Shown one piece after another: positions 9,352 through 19,821 of a stretch of DNA of 64,000 nt. The DNA is from Nanobdellota archaeon (lineage in GTDB: Archaea; Nanobdellota; Nanobdellia; Woesearchaeales; CG1-02-33-12). The number at the start of each line of letters is the position of its first letter. Within the stretch, counting starts at the first letter, position 1. The position numbers were made by a program, and so were the translations under genes. The notes beneath the pieces were generated by a model. It saw only the letters and a list, made by a program, of their open reading frames with translations. It was not told the DNA's origin and ran no database searches. The DNA lies in contig JAHJQG010000064.1 of NCBI GenBank assembly GCA_018819345.1, forward strand, positions 33 through 64,032. Direction: 5' to 3'.

Positions 9352-11115
9352 TTGATGCAACTAGCTAATACCATAGGACTTTATGCTTTTCTAAGCCTCA
9401 TACCATTGATAATAATCTACTTAAGAAAACCCAAGCCAGTTGAAAAAGTTATTCCCTCACTTATGTTTCTCATAAAGAATCAGAAAGATACTACAAAACA
9501 CACTTTTTTCCAGAAATTACTGAGAAATCTTGTATTTTTATTGCAGTTATTGGCATTATCACTAATGGCTTTTTCAATTGCCTTACCTTATATAATAACA
9601 TCTGAGGCTGTTACATCACAAAACACTGTTATTATAATTGATGCAAGCGCAAGCTCACAAGCAATCAGCAATGGCAGGACAAGATTTGAAAGCTCAATAG
9701 ATATAGCAAAAGACTATATGCAAGGAAAGATAAGCATAATAGTTGTTTCTGAAAGCCCTGAAACAATTCTAGAGCATGGAACAAAAAACCAGGCATTATC
9801 ATTGCTCCAAACCTTAGAACCAAAGGATACAAAGACAAATATTGAAAGTGCATTGTATGAAGCAGAATCAATACTTGCAGATACCAAGGGAAGAATTATT
9901 GTTATAAGTGATTTTATAGTAGAGGATGTAAATGAATTATTAAAAGCAAAGAGAATATTATCTTCAAAGGACATTGATGTTGAGTTTATAAGTACATGGA
10001 GCAAGGCAACAAACATAGGAATCATTGAACTAGATGTTAATAAGTACAATATGGTAGCATATGTAAAGAATTTCAATGATGATGATGCAGAAATAACAGC
10101 AGCACTTGTTAAGGATGGCAGTGCTTTGGAAACAAAATCAAAAACAATAACAGCCCATTCAACAGAAATATTTAATTTTGAGACACCAACAGGAATTAGC
10201 GAAATTACAATAAATTCAGATGATGATTTCAAGCTTGACAATACTGTTTACATAAGTGCTCCTGAAAAAAAACAGATTGATGTTCTTCTGATAACAAATG
10301 CAAAGACAAGCTATCTTATGAAGGCATTGCAGTCATCAAAAGACATTAATCTTCAGATTGCAGAACCACCAATAGTCCAGGGAATTGAGTCCAGCGAGGT
10401 TATAATAATAAGTGGTATAGATGGAAGCCTTATTCTTCCGGGAACACTTGAGGAAATATCAAGAGAAGTAGAAGATGGAAAAAGCCTAATAATCACAGCA
10501 CAGGATGATTTAAATCAAATAGACGTACTATGGCTTCTGCCTGTTGAATTAAATGAAAAAGCCAATAATACAAAGGCATGTGTCAAGGTGATAAATGAAT
10601 TCACAAATCAGTTTGAGAACAATATGTGTTTTACAATGGTTAAAAAATATTTTAAGGCAATTCCAAAAAATAATACAATATCTATTATTGAAGCAGATGA
10701 TTCAAGCCCATTGGTAGCTTTTGGGAAAAAGGGGAAGGGTAATATAGTTTATTATGGATTAATTGATGAACATGCTGATTTTAAGACTCAAACATCTTAT
10801 CCAATATTCTGGAATGACTTATTAAACTTTCTTGCTGAAACAGGAGATATAAATGACTATAACCTTAAAATAGATGAAAAGCCATCAATAGACAAAGCAG
10901 GAATATATGATAATGGCAATAAGATTGCAGTAAACCTTCTTGATGAACATGAGTCAGACATAGCAAAGGAAACAATAGATTTTGATGAGCAGGGTTTTGT
11001 TTCAGGCATTTCCCAGGAAAATGTTGTTGTAAACCTTGATGTTTATTTAATTATTTTTGCAATTATTATCATGTCTTTTGAGATATTTTATATAAAGATA
11101 AGGGGTGATTTATAA
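9352..11115 (+). CDS. BatA-domain/vWA membrane protein
   Basis: BatA-like N-terminus (IPLIIIYLRKP..IPSLMFL), MIDAS DASAS, VISDF, C-terminal TM. Confidence 0.85.
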   Translation: MMQLANTIGLYAFLSLIPLIIIYLRKPKPVEKVIPSLMFLIKNQKDTTKHTFFQKLLRNLVFLLQLLALSLMAFSIALPYIITSEAVTSQNTVIIIDASASSQAISNGRTRFESSIDIAKDYMQGKISIIVVSESPETILEHGTKNQALSLLQTLEPKDTKTNIESALYEAESILADTKGRIIVISDFIVEDVNELLKAKRILSSKDIDVEFISTWSKATNIGIIELDVNKYNMVAYVKNFNDDDAEITAALVKDGSALETKSKTITAHSTEIFNFETPTGISEITINSDDDFKLDNTVYISAPEKKQIDVLLITNAKTSYLMKALQSSKDINLQIAEPPIVQGIESSEVIIISGIDGSLILPGTLEEISREVEDGKSLIITAQDDLNQIDVLWLLPVELNEKANNTKACVKVINEFTNQFENNMCFTMVKKYFKAIPKNNTISIIEADDSSPLVAFGKKGKGNIVYYGLIDEHADFKTQTSYPIFWNDLLNFLAETGDINDYNLKIDEKPSIDKAGIYDNGNKIAVNLLDEHESDIAKETIDFDEQGFVSGISQENVVVNLDVYLIIFAIIIMSFEIFYIKIRGDL

Positions 11116-13511
11116 TCATCTACTTCAAGAATCCAGAAGCATTGTTATTATGCCTGCCTGCAATAATCATATTAATCATCCTTATTAGAAAAACCTTTGT
11201 TAAGTTTGCAACAGAAAAAGAAAAAAAAGAGCATGAAAAGAGCAAAAAACTTTCAAGAATATTAATAGCAATATCAAGATGCCTGATTTTCTCAATTTTA
11301 ATAATAGCACTAGCATCACCATTCAGCCTGGAGGAGAAAACTGTTCAGGGAGATCCTTCATTAACAATACTTGCAGATAACTCAACTTCATTTGAGCTTT
11401 TTGAGCAGGACATTGCCTCTAACTTAAAACTTAATCTTGAAAAGGAGATTCCAACAAGAATAAAATATATTGCACATGGAGAAGAATCACCAATAGGAGA
11501 CAGCCTGCTTAACAACATGAAGGGAAATGATAATCTATTGTTAATTAGCGATGGAAACAATAACAAAGGGACTTCTTTAGGTGATGTAATGATGCTCGCC
11601 TCCTCATTAAACACAACTATCAGCTCATTAAGTATTAATCCAATAAAAACAGACCTTGCTGTGACAATTGACAGCCCTTCTGAACTAATATTTGGAACAG
11701 AAGCCCTGCTGTATGTAGATGTAAAACAGACAGGCCCTTTCTCATTGGATTATGATATTAGGGTAATGATTGATGACACTGTTGTAATAGACGAGAAAGC
11801 AACTGGTACAAAAACATTTGAGATTAAGCAGATGCTGCGGACAGGCTATCATAAAATAAAGGCATCAATAACAGCAAGCGATTATTTCAGGCAAAACAAT
11901 GTTTATTACAAAACAATCCATGTCCTGCCAAAGCCAAAGATACTCTTTATTTCACAAAAAGATGCAAAGATAACAAAAATAATGGATACACTCTACGATG
12001 TTGCCAAAAAGAGCTATATGCCAAAAGACCTTAAGCCATATTCTGCTGTTGTTTTGTATAATATAAATGAAGACTGGCTCAAAACAAATACAGATATTTT
12101 AACTGATTATGTAGCAGATGGTAATGGCCTTGTAGTCATTGGAGGTGATAACTCATTTGATTATGGCAATTATGAAAATTCAATGTTTGAAACCATTCTG
12201 CCTGTTAAGGTAGGCCTTGCTGGAAAAGAAGAGGAAAGCGGAATGAACATTATAATTGTAATGGATGTTTCAGGAACAACATGCTCTGCTTTTAGTAGTG
12301 GAAGCAAAAATACAAAGATAGATGTTGAAAAGGCAGTTGCAACCCAAATAATTGGTGGTTTAAGAGCTGAAGACAATATTGGTGTTGTAACATTTGATTT
12401 TAATTCTCACCTTGTATCTCCTATTTTACCAATAATGGAAAAACCAGATTTAAACTATACAATAGCAACCATACAGTGCGGTGGCTATAGTGCAGGAACA
12501 CTTGTTTCTGCTGGTTTGATAAGAGCAGAGCATATGCTCAGATCTACAAAAGGAAGCAAGAACATTGTTCTGATATCTGATGGAATAACACAATACCCAA
12601 AGGATGCAATTGCAAAGGCAAAATCAATGACGGCTCAGGGAATAAAAACATATGCTGTTGGAGTTGGCTTTGACACTAACAGCCAGTTTATGCAGGATCT
12701 GGCATTAAAGGGCAATGGTATTTATTTTGAGCCAACAGAGGCACAGAGGTTAAATATAATTTTCAGCAGGGAATATGAGGAAGAGGAGACAGATGTAATG
12801 GGTCTCTTAATAATTGACTTAAATCATTTTATAACAAAAAACCTTGATTTAAGCGCAAAGATAACTGGCTTTAACCAGGTTGTTCCAAAAACCTCGGCAA
12901 GGATGCTTATAACAACCCAGAATACGAATCCAATAGTTAGTGTATGGCACTTTGGACTTGGAAGAGTTGCTGCATTAACCACAGATCCAGAAGTATGGGC
13001 AGGCCAGCTCTTAAACAAGGAAAACTCAAAACTTATCACAAGAACAGTCAATTGGGCTATTGGCGACCCAGGCAGAAACAAGGAGTTTGATGTAAAGCTT
13101 AAGGATTCAAGAATTAATGATATTGCCCAGATAAATGTTATTTCACAAACAGAGCCAGTGCTTGAGGGATTTTCATTTTCAAAAATAACTAAAAACCTTT
13201 ACAGGGCAAGTTTTGTTCCAAAGCAAACAGGGTTTTATGATTTTTTTGATGCTTCAATGGCTGTTAATTACAAGAGAGAATATGAGGACTTGGGAATAAA
13301 TCCAGAGCTTATAGACCTTGTAAGCATCACCAACGGAAGAATATTTGACAAGGACAATACAACAGCAATAGTGGAATTTATAAGGGAAAACTCAAGAAGA
13401 AAAAAAATAGATGAAAAAAGTTACACCTGGATTCTTGTTTTAACAGCATTATCTATATTTTTAATAGAGGTCTGTATCAGGAGGATTATGGAAAATAGGA
13501 AATCTATATAA
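11112..13511 (+). CDS. vWA and GATase-like domain membrane protein of the MoxR cluster
   Basis: MIDAS-like DNSTS and DVSGT, LISDG twice, GLVVIGG, GLGRVAAL; frame is open back to ATA/ATC at 11112/11115 after SD GGGGTGA. Confidence 0.8.
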   Translation: MIIYFKNPEALLLCLPAIIILIILIRKTFVKFATEKEKKEHEKSKKLSRILIAISRCLIFSILIIALASPFSLEEKTVQGDPSLTILADNSTSFELFEQDIASNLKLNLEKEIPTRIKYIAHGEESPIGDSLLNNMKGNDNLLLISDGNNNKGTSLGDVMMLASSLNTTISSLSINPIKTDLAVTIDSPSELIFGTEALLYVDVKQTGPFSLDYDIRVMIDDTVVIDEKATGTKTFEIKQMLRTGYHKIKASITASDYFRQNNVYYKTIHVLPKPKILFISQKDAKITKIMDTLYDVAKKSYMPKDLKPYSAVVLYNINEDWLKTNTDILTDYVADGNGLVVIGGDNSFDYGNYENSMFETILPVKVGLAGKEEESGMNIIIVMDVSGTTCSAFSSGSKNTKIDVEKAVATQIIGGLRAEDNIGVVTFDFNSHLVSPILPIMEKPDLNYTIATIQCGGYSAGTLVSAGLIRAEHMLRSTKGSKNIVLISDGITQYPKDAIAKAKSMTAQGIKTYAVGVGFDTNSQFMQDLALKGNGIYFEPTEAQRLNIIFSREYEEEETDVMGLLIIDLNHFITKNLDLSAKITGFNQVVPKTSARMLITTQNTNPIVSVWHFGLGRVAALTTDPEVWAGQLLNKENSKLITRTVNWAIGDPGRNKEFDVKLKDSRINDIAQINVISQTEPVLEGFSFSKITKNLYRASFVPKQTGFYDFFDASMAVNYKREYEDLGINPELIDLVSITNGRIFDKDNTTAIVEFIRENSRRKKIDEKSYTWILVLTALSIFLIEVCIRRIMENRKSI

Positions 13512-13535
13512 ATAAGGATTAATTAGGCGAATGAT

Positions 13536-14057
13536 ATGGCATATATGAAGAAAAATGTGAATTTTGGTTTTTTTCTTTTGTTAATTGCAACCCTGATATC
13601 TATTGCTGGCTTAAGTGTTTACTACCAGACAACATTTAAGGACTTGTATATGGATTACAAACTAAAACTTGATGATTTAAAAAATATTTCATCAACACTC
13701 AGCACTGAAAAGGCAAAGCTTGAGCAGACAAGCCAGGAGCTGGATATTAAGGAAGAAAGGGAGAAGGAATTAAGCACACAATATACAGGCTTAAAGACTG
13801 AAAAAGAAAAAATAGAGGCTGAAAAAGCAAGTTTGCAAAAACAGCTAACAGCAAAAACAAGCGAATTACAACAGAAAAAAGCAGAGTTATTCACAGCAAA
13901 GAAGAATCTCGCAACAGCACAAACAGAACTTAGCATATCGAAGACAGACCTTGCTGCTGCTATGACAACAATATCCGGACTCAGATCAGATACAAATAAC
14001 TTAAATGATGAAATAGATAAACTTAAGGCTGACTTGGCTGCATGCCAAAGCACATAA
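13536..14057 (+). CDS. Membrane-anchored coiled-coil protein
   Basis: N-terminal TM followed by heptad-rich sequence. Confidence 0.75.
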   Translation: MAYMKKNVNFGFFLLLIATLISIAGLSVYYQTTFKDLYMDYKLKLDDLKNISSTLSTEKAKLEQTSQELDIKEEREKELSTQYTGLKTEKEKIEAEKASLQKQLTAKTSELQQKKAELFTAKKNLATAQTELSISKTDLAAAMTTISGLRSDTNNLNDEIDKLKADLAACQST

Positions 14058-14060
14058 AAA

Positions 14061-14849
14061 ATGAAGAAATTTAATAAAGTTTTAAAGGAAATAAATTTTA
14101 CATTCAGCAACATAATACTATTTAATGGTTTTTTAAATGCATTTCTAATATTTTTAGTTCTTTATATTCCCCTATCTTTATTTAATTTTTATCAGATATA
14201 TTCATTAGTTCCAACAATATTATATTTTATAATCTTTTCATATAAAGGAATCAGAAAAAAACATTTAAGGGATGTTGAAAAAAAATATCATCTTCTTAAT
14301 GAAAGGCTGAGAACAGCAGCAGATAACATAAAAATACAAAATCCTGTTGTTGATGAGCTGAAATCTGACATTATGAGAGATATGAAACATGTTGAAGTAA
14401 CGTCTTTTTTTAATCAAAAAAAGATGTCTTATAAAATCCTGCTTAGCATTATCCTGTGCTTTTTAATAGTATTTTCAGCACAGTTTGATATATCCTTTAA
14501 CTTTAAAAACATAGCAGATAATGCTGTTGATTTTATATATGGCATTGGCGGAAATAATACAGACGGGGGAAAGCAGGGTCTTGAGAGAATAGCTGGCTCT
14601 GGAGAAAGTGAAAATGTATTTGGTGATGCATACATTGCCCAGATGGGTGATGAAACACTTGATATGTTTATTAAGCAAGCGGGCTATGAGATAAACCTTG
14701 ATGATGTCAAAGAGCCAGAAAGAAGAGAGTTTGAAGAGATTTTTCCAGATGAGGTATTTATAGCAACAGCTGATGTTTATGAAGAGAAAATTCAGGAAGA
14801 GCAGCAAGAGCTTGTAAAAACATATTTTTTAAAGCTTGCAAAGGGCTAA
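14061..14849 (+). CDS. Membrane protein of the archaeal MoxR/vWA cluster
   Basis: Three TM segments, LNERLRTAADN motif, acidic tail ending VKTYF. Confidence 0.75.
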   Translation: MKKFNKVLKEINFTFSNIILFNGFLNAFLIFLVLYIPLSLFNFYQIYSLVPTILYFIIFSYKGIRKKHLRDVEKKYHLLNERLRTAADNIKIQNPVVDELKSDIMRDMKHVEVTSFFNQKKMSYKILLSIILCFLIVFSAQFDISFNFKNIADNAVDFIYGIGGNNTDGGKQGLERIAGSGESENVFGDAYIAQMGDETLDMFIKQAGYEINLDDVKEPERREFEEIFPDEVFIATADVYEEKIQEEQQELVKTYFLKLAKG

Positions 14850-14876
14850 TTAAATTAAAAATGAGGTGTATTAAGA

Positions 14877-15812
14877 ATGGAAAAATATAAGGAAACTTTT
14901 GATGGTTTATACAAAGAGATAGGCAAGATAGTTGTTGGGCAAAGGGATGTTGTTGAGCAGATTCTTATTACAATATTATGCGATGCAAATGCCCTGCTTG
15001 AGGGCTACCCTGGATTGGCAAAAACACTGGCAATAAAGACCATGGCCCAGCTGATGGACCTTAAATTCAGCAGAATACAAAACACCCCTGATTTAATGCC
15101 ATCTGACATAACAGGCACATATATTATTGAAGAGACATCTGGCAAGAGAAACTTTAAGTTCCAGCCAGGGCCAGTTTTTGCAAATATTGTGCTTGCAGAT
15201 GAAATCAACAGGGCAACACCAAAAACGCAGTCAGCCTTGCTTGAGGCAATGCAGGAAAAGCAGGTTACTGTTGGAAATACAACATTCAAGCTTGACATAC
15301 CCTTTTTCGTCCTTGCAACACAAAACCCTATTGAGCAGGAGGGAACATACCCATTGCCAGAGGCCCAGGCAGACAGGTTTTTGCTTAAAATCAAGATTGG
15401 GTATCCAACCTATGATGAGGAGATTGAAATAGTCAATAAATATGCATTTGAGCTCAAAGAGCAGAAAGTAAGGGTATTATTAAATAAGGCACATCTTATG
15501 CATATGCAAACCCTGGTAAGGCAGGTTCCAATAGCAAATGACCTTAAGCATAGGATTGTGAATATAGTTACTGAAACAAGAAAACACCCTGATTTAATAG
15601 AATATGGGGCATCACCAAGGGCATCTATTGGCCTTGTTCTTGCATCAAAGGCAAGAGCTGTTGTAAAGGGAAGAAACTATGTGAGCAAAGAGGATATTGA
15701 TGCAATGGCTTACCCAATATTAAGGCATAGGATAATATTAAACTTTGAGGCTGAGAGAAAGGGAATGTCAACAGATGATGCCGTAAAGGAGATATTAAGC
15801 AAGGTAAGATGA
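14877..15812 (+). CDS. moxR: MoxR family AAA+ ATPase
   Basis: LEGYPGLAKT, RIQNTPDLMPSDITG, LADEINRATPKTQSALLEAM, ATQNPIEQEGTYPLPEAQADRF. Confidence 0.95.
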   Translation: MEKYKETFDGLYKEIGKIVVGQRDVVEQILITILCDANALLEGYPGLAKTLAIKTMAQLMDLKFSRIQNTPDLMPSDITGTYIIEETSGKRNFKFQPGPVFANIVLADEINRATPKTQSALLEAMQEKQVTVGNTTFKLDIPFFVLATQNPIEQEGTYPLPEAQADRFLLKIKIGYPTYDEEIEIVNKYAFELKEQKVRVLLNKAHLMHMQTLVRQVPIANDLKHRIVNIVTETRKHPDLIEYGASPRASIGLVLASKARAVVKGRNYVSKEDIDAMAYPILRHRIILNFEAERKGMSTDDAVKEILSKVR

Positions 15813-16657
15813 TAACAACTGAATTTCTGTCCCAGCTTGACAGGTTTAATCTTGTTATAAAGAAAAGAGTTACATCAAGCTATACAGGAGAAAGGCGCTC
15901 TGTAATGCATGGCAGGGGCATAACAATAAAAGACCATAGGATATATGCTCCAGGAGATGATTTCAGGTCAATAGACTGGAGAATATATGCAAGGACAGAT
16001 GACCTTTATATCAAGAGATATGAAGAGGATAAGAGCCTTACAACCCATATAATAGTTGACCACAGTGCTAGCATGAACTTTGGCAAGGGCATTACAAAGT
16101 TTGACTATTCTTCTATGCTTGGTGTTGGAATGGCATATCTTACAATGAAGGAGAATGAGAAATTCCAGTTCTCAACCTTTTCAGAGGAAATTGAAACATT
16201 TAAGTCAAAAAGGGGCATGGGCCATCTTGCAGAAATGGTTGACCACCTTAATAACATAAAGCTAATTGGTTTTTCAAGATTTAAGGATGCACTAACCAAA
16301 TACAAAAAAATCATAGGCTCAAGGGCTCTTATAGTTATAATATCTGATTTCCTATTTGATATTGAAGAGATAGAGCAAGGGCTTTTTATGCTGGGTGATC
16401 ATGATATGAAAATAATACAGGTTTTAGATCCTGTTGAAAGAAAGCTTGCATTTGATGGTGATTTCAGGCTTAAGGACTCTGAAACAAAAAATATACTAAG
16501 AACTTATGTAAATCCAAGGCTTAGAGTTGATTATAAGCAAAGGCTTGAAGACCATATATCAAAAATAGCAAAGATATGTGATGAGCTTGGGGTTGAGTTT
16601 CACATTATAACAACAGACAAGCCAATATTTGATGCCTTCTATGATATACTAAAATAG
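15809..16657 (+). CDS. DUF58 vWA-like protein
   Basis: RIYAPGDDFRSIDW, VDHSASM, IISDF; directly after moxR. Confidence 0.92.
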   Translation: MITTEFLSQLDRFNLVIKKRVTSSYTGERRSVMHGRGITIKDHRIYAPGDDFRSIDWRIYARTDDLYIKRYEEDKSLTTHIIVDHSASMNFGKGITKFDYSSMLGVGMAYLTMKENEKFQFSTFSEEIETFKSKRGMGHLAEMVDHLNNIKLIGFSRFKDALTKYKKIIGSRALIVIISDFLFDIEEIEQGLFMLGDHDMKIIQVLDPVERKLAFDGDFRLKDSETKNILRTYVNPRLRVDYKQRLEDHISKIAKICDELGVEFHIITTDKPIFDAFYDILK

Positions 16658-16693
16658 AACAATTTAAAAATAAATAACTCTTTCTTTTACAGT

Positions 16694-17359
16694 ATGAAAC
16701 TAATGTTTGTTGAAGCAAGATACAAGAAGCTAATATCAATTGAAAAGCATGTTTTAAAACTGCCTGAAAAGATTGGCTTGGTTACAACAGTTCAGTTTAT
16801 TGGCCAGATTAATAAAATTAAGTCAATGCTTGAGAAAAAGGGCAAAAAAGTATTTTTAGGAAAGGGCAGGCATACAAAATACAATGGCCAGGTTCTTGGA
16901 TGTGATGTTAATTCTGCTCTTTCTGTTAGTAATAGGGTTGATGCATTCCTTTACATTGGCTCTGGTCTGTTTCATCCAATTGCTATTTCATTAAAAACAA
17001 AAAAAGATGTTTTTACATTTAACCATTTGACTGAAAAGTTTGGCATGGTTGATAGAAAACAAGCAGAAAAAATAAACAAAAGAAGAAAAGGAGCATTAAT
17101 TAAATTTCTGAGCTCAAAAGAAATAGGAGTTATTTTAACAACAAAGCCCGGCCAGGAGCAGCTAAAAGAGGCCTTTGAACTTAAAAACAAATTCAAGGAC
17201 AAGAACTTTTATTTCCTTATTTTTGATACAATAGACTTTAACCAGCTGGAAAACTTTCCATTTATTGAATGCTTTGTCAATACGGCCTGCCCAAGGATAG
17301 CTTTAGATGATTCTATAAAGATTGGAAAGGCCATAATCAACCTAGAAGATATTAATTAA
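16694..17359 (+). CDS. dph2: Diphthamide synthesis protein Dph2, short form
   Basis: TTVQF, GQVLGC, GSGLFH, KPGQ, TACPRI; only 221 aa. Confidence 0.85.
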   Translation: MKLMFVEARYKKLISIEKHVLKLPEKIGLVTTVQFIGQINKIKSMLEKKGKKVFLGKGRHTKYNGQVLGCDVNSALSVSNRVDAFLYIGSGLFHPIAISLKTKKDVFTFNHLTEKFGMVDRKQAEKINKRRKGALIKFLSSKEIGVILTTKPGQEQLKEAFELKNKFKDKNFYFLIFDTIDFNQLENFPFIECFVNTACPRIALDDSIKIGKAIINLEDIN

Positions 17360-17368
17360 ATCTTAAAA

Positions 17369-17641
17369 TTATCTTTTCTTTTTAGTGAATTTTTTAAGGA
17401 TATTCTTGATTTCTGTTATTTCTTTTAGGGTCTGCTTACTAGAATCAACATTTATGCTCAGAAGAATAAACAAAACAAGGAGTATGAGCCATGTGAATAT
17501 TGAGATAACCATTGGCCAGCCCATTGTATAGTCTGTTATATAAACCCTGTTGATAAGGTTAAATCCAAGGAGAACTGCTGCACATCCAACTATTAATACC
17601 ATCAGCTCGAAAGTGCTTATCTCAGCTCTTTTTTTTAGCAT
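17369..17641 (-). CDS. Small two-TM membrane protein
   Basis: Two hydrophobic helices; SD GAGGT upstream. Confidence 0.7.
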   Translation of the reverse strand: MLKKRAEISTFELMVLIVGCAAVLLGFNLINRVYITDYTMGWPMVISIFTWLILLVLFILLSINVDSSKQTLKEITEIKNILKKFTKKKR

Positions 17642-17761
17642 AATAAACCTCTTTTATTATCTTATAAACTCTTTTCTTATAAACTTTTTGTTTTTCATTG
17701 CTTTATGCTCTTTTTTTGGTAAAAAGCATAACGCAGTTTTTGTGGATACTTAATAAAAAAT

Positions 17762-18961
17762 TCATCGAAACCTTCTTTTTCTTCTTATATTATTAGTGTT
17801 TCTTCTTGGGTAATTCCCCCTTGAATTACTGTTACTTACAATCTTTATTTTTTCAACATATGGCTTTTCCATTTTTTTAACATCAAAAGCACGGTATTCA
17901 TTCAAGATTCTTGAAAAATTCCCATAATCATCATCACAAAGCAGATTAATTACCTTTCCCTCTTCTCCAGCCCTTGCTGTCCTGCCTATCCTGTGGACAT
18001 AATCTATTGGGTTTTTTGGAATCTCATAGTTGTATATGTGAGAAACATAATCAATATGTAATCCACGGGAAGCAACATCTGTGCAAACAAGAACAAATGA
18101 ATTCCCTTTCTTGAAATTCTCCATTGAATTGTCTCTTTTGTTCTGCGTGAATCCGCCGTGTATTGCTATTGCATTTATCCCATTGACCTTAAGGTTCTTG
18201 ACAACAAAATCAGTTGTTCTTCTTGTGTTGCAGAAAACCATGATAAGTTTCGAGTCTTCCTTTTTAACTAAATGCAAAAGCAATGAAAGCTTGAAGTTTT
18301 TTGGTATGCTGTAGTAAAACTGCTTGAGCTTGCTTGGGTCAACCTGCTTTTTCCCAGAAACATTTACCGGATTCCTCATGTATTTGTTTGATAATTCCTC
18401 TATTCTTGGTGGAATTGTGGCAGAGAAAAATAATGTCTGCCTGTCTCTAGGGCATGTTTTTATTATATCCTCTATGTCATCAACAAAACCCATGTCAAGC
18501 ATCTTGTCAGCTTCATCAAGCACAAGAAGCTTAATCCTTGATGTGTCTACTGTGCGTCTCTGAAGATGGTCCTTGAACCTTCCTGGAGTTGCAATGACAA
18601 CCTCTGCTGTCCTTAACGCGTAAATCTGGGGGTTTATTGCAACCCCTCCGTAAACAGAAATTATGTTTAGTTTCTTGTTTACTGCAATCTTTATTAATTC
18701 TTTCTTGACTTGCTCTGCAAGCTCTCTTGTCGGCGTTATTACCAGCGCCTGAAGCCCTTTTCCAGGAATTGTTTTTTCAACTATTCCTGAGCCAAAAGCA
18801 AGTGTCTTGCCTGAACCGGTTTCAGATTCCCCTATTACATCCTTGCCCTGAAGTATATAGGGTATTGAAATGCTCTGTATCTGGGTAGGGCTGTCAAACC
18901 CAAGCTCTTCAATTGATTTCATTAATTCATCGCTGAATTTAAAGCTGTTAAATGCATTCAT
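17762..18961 (-). CDS. DEAD-box RNA helicase (DeaD/CshA-like)
   Basis: Q motif, ETGSGKT, PTRELA, TPGR, DEAD, SAT, HRIGRTAR. Confidence 0.95.
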   Translation of the reverse strand: MNAFNSFKFSDELMKSIEELGFDSPTQIQSISIPYILQGKDVIGESETGSGKTLAFGSGIVEKTIPGKGLQALVITPTRELAEQVKKELIKIAVNKKLNIISVYGGVAINPQIYALRTAEVVIATPGRFKDHLQRRTVDTSRIKLLVLDEADKMLDMGFVDDIEDIIKTCPRDRQTLFFSATIPPRIEELSNKYMRNPVNVSGKKQVDPSKLKQFYYSIPKNFKLSLLLHLVKKEDSKLIMVFCNTRRTTDFVVKNLKVNGINAIAIHGGFTQNKRDNSMENFKKGNSFVLVCTDVASRGLHIDYVSHIYNYEIPKNPIDYVHRIGRTARAGEEGKVINLLCDDDYGNFSRILNEYRAFDVKKMEKPYVEKIKIVSNSNSRGNYPRRNTNNIRRKRRFR

Positions 18962-19070
18962 TTTTTACCTCAATAATAGATTATTCAGAAAAAGCGAAGT
19001 GTTCATTAAATCGAGCAAATGCCTTTTCTATCTTTCACAAAACTATAAAGTCAAAATCTATTTATTTTAT

Positions 19071-19262
19071 TTATTCTTTGTTAACGTTGACCGCTTTTGG
19101 TCCTCTGTCTCCTTGTTCAACATCAAAGGTTACTGAATCGTTTTCCTGCAGTGTGACTCCTTCCTGAAGCCCTGACTGGTGGACAAAATACTCCTTGCCA
19201 TCTTCACCTGCAATAAATCCATATCCTTTCATGTCGTTGAAGAACTTTACTGTTCCTTTCAT
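19071..19262 (-). CDS. Cold-shock protein (CspA family)
   Basis: KGTVKFFN.KGYGFI and FVH RNP motifs, GPKAVNV; SD GGAGG. Confidence 0.95.
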   Translation of the reverse strand: MKGTVKFFNDMKGYGFIAGEDGKEYFVHQSGLQEGVTLQENDSVTFDVEQGDRGPKAVNVNKE

Positions 19263-19821
19263 TTTACTTCCTCCATATTATTATCCTGATTTTCAATTTT
19301 TAATCTGCACTCATCGCAGTAAATCCTTTTTGATTCTCCTTTTTTCACAACAAACCTTTTCCTGCACAATCTGCAATGCTTAACTATTTTATAATCTACC
19401 ATTTATTGTATAATCCCAATTAAATTTCTCCTCAGAAACAAAAAACAATTGCCTAAATAAACCTTACAGACAAATAGTCAAAAAGTCCCGATATATATTT
19501 GGGATGAGGGTTCCTTTTTAAATCTTTCTATTTAGCATCAAATTGTATTATCCCGAAACTATTTCCCTACGGTGAATTTCTTCCATATATGAAATTCACT
19601 CAAACAAATCTTTGGAAATAATAAAAAGATAACACAATTTAATTAACAAACACAAGATTTTTAAATAATCCTGGTTTTCCGGTTCTCTAGAGCACAATAT
19701 TAAATAAGCTTTATTTAATAGGTTTAATGGTTCTATTTTAAACTAATTTGTTTAAAAAGCTAATTAAGAACTTTTAAGCCATTATTTTTAAATAAAACAG
19801 TTGAATAATGGAGTGATTTTA

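Noticed and set aside
9352-16657. MoxR-vWA-DUF58 cluster as a novel system
   Set aside because: A well-known, widespread chaperone-like gene cluster
17650-17700. CTTATAAACT direct repeat and a tiny minus-strand ORF upstream of 17641
   Set aside because: Best explained as duplicated TATA-like promoter sequence; too short to support
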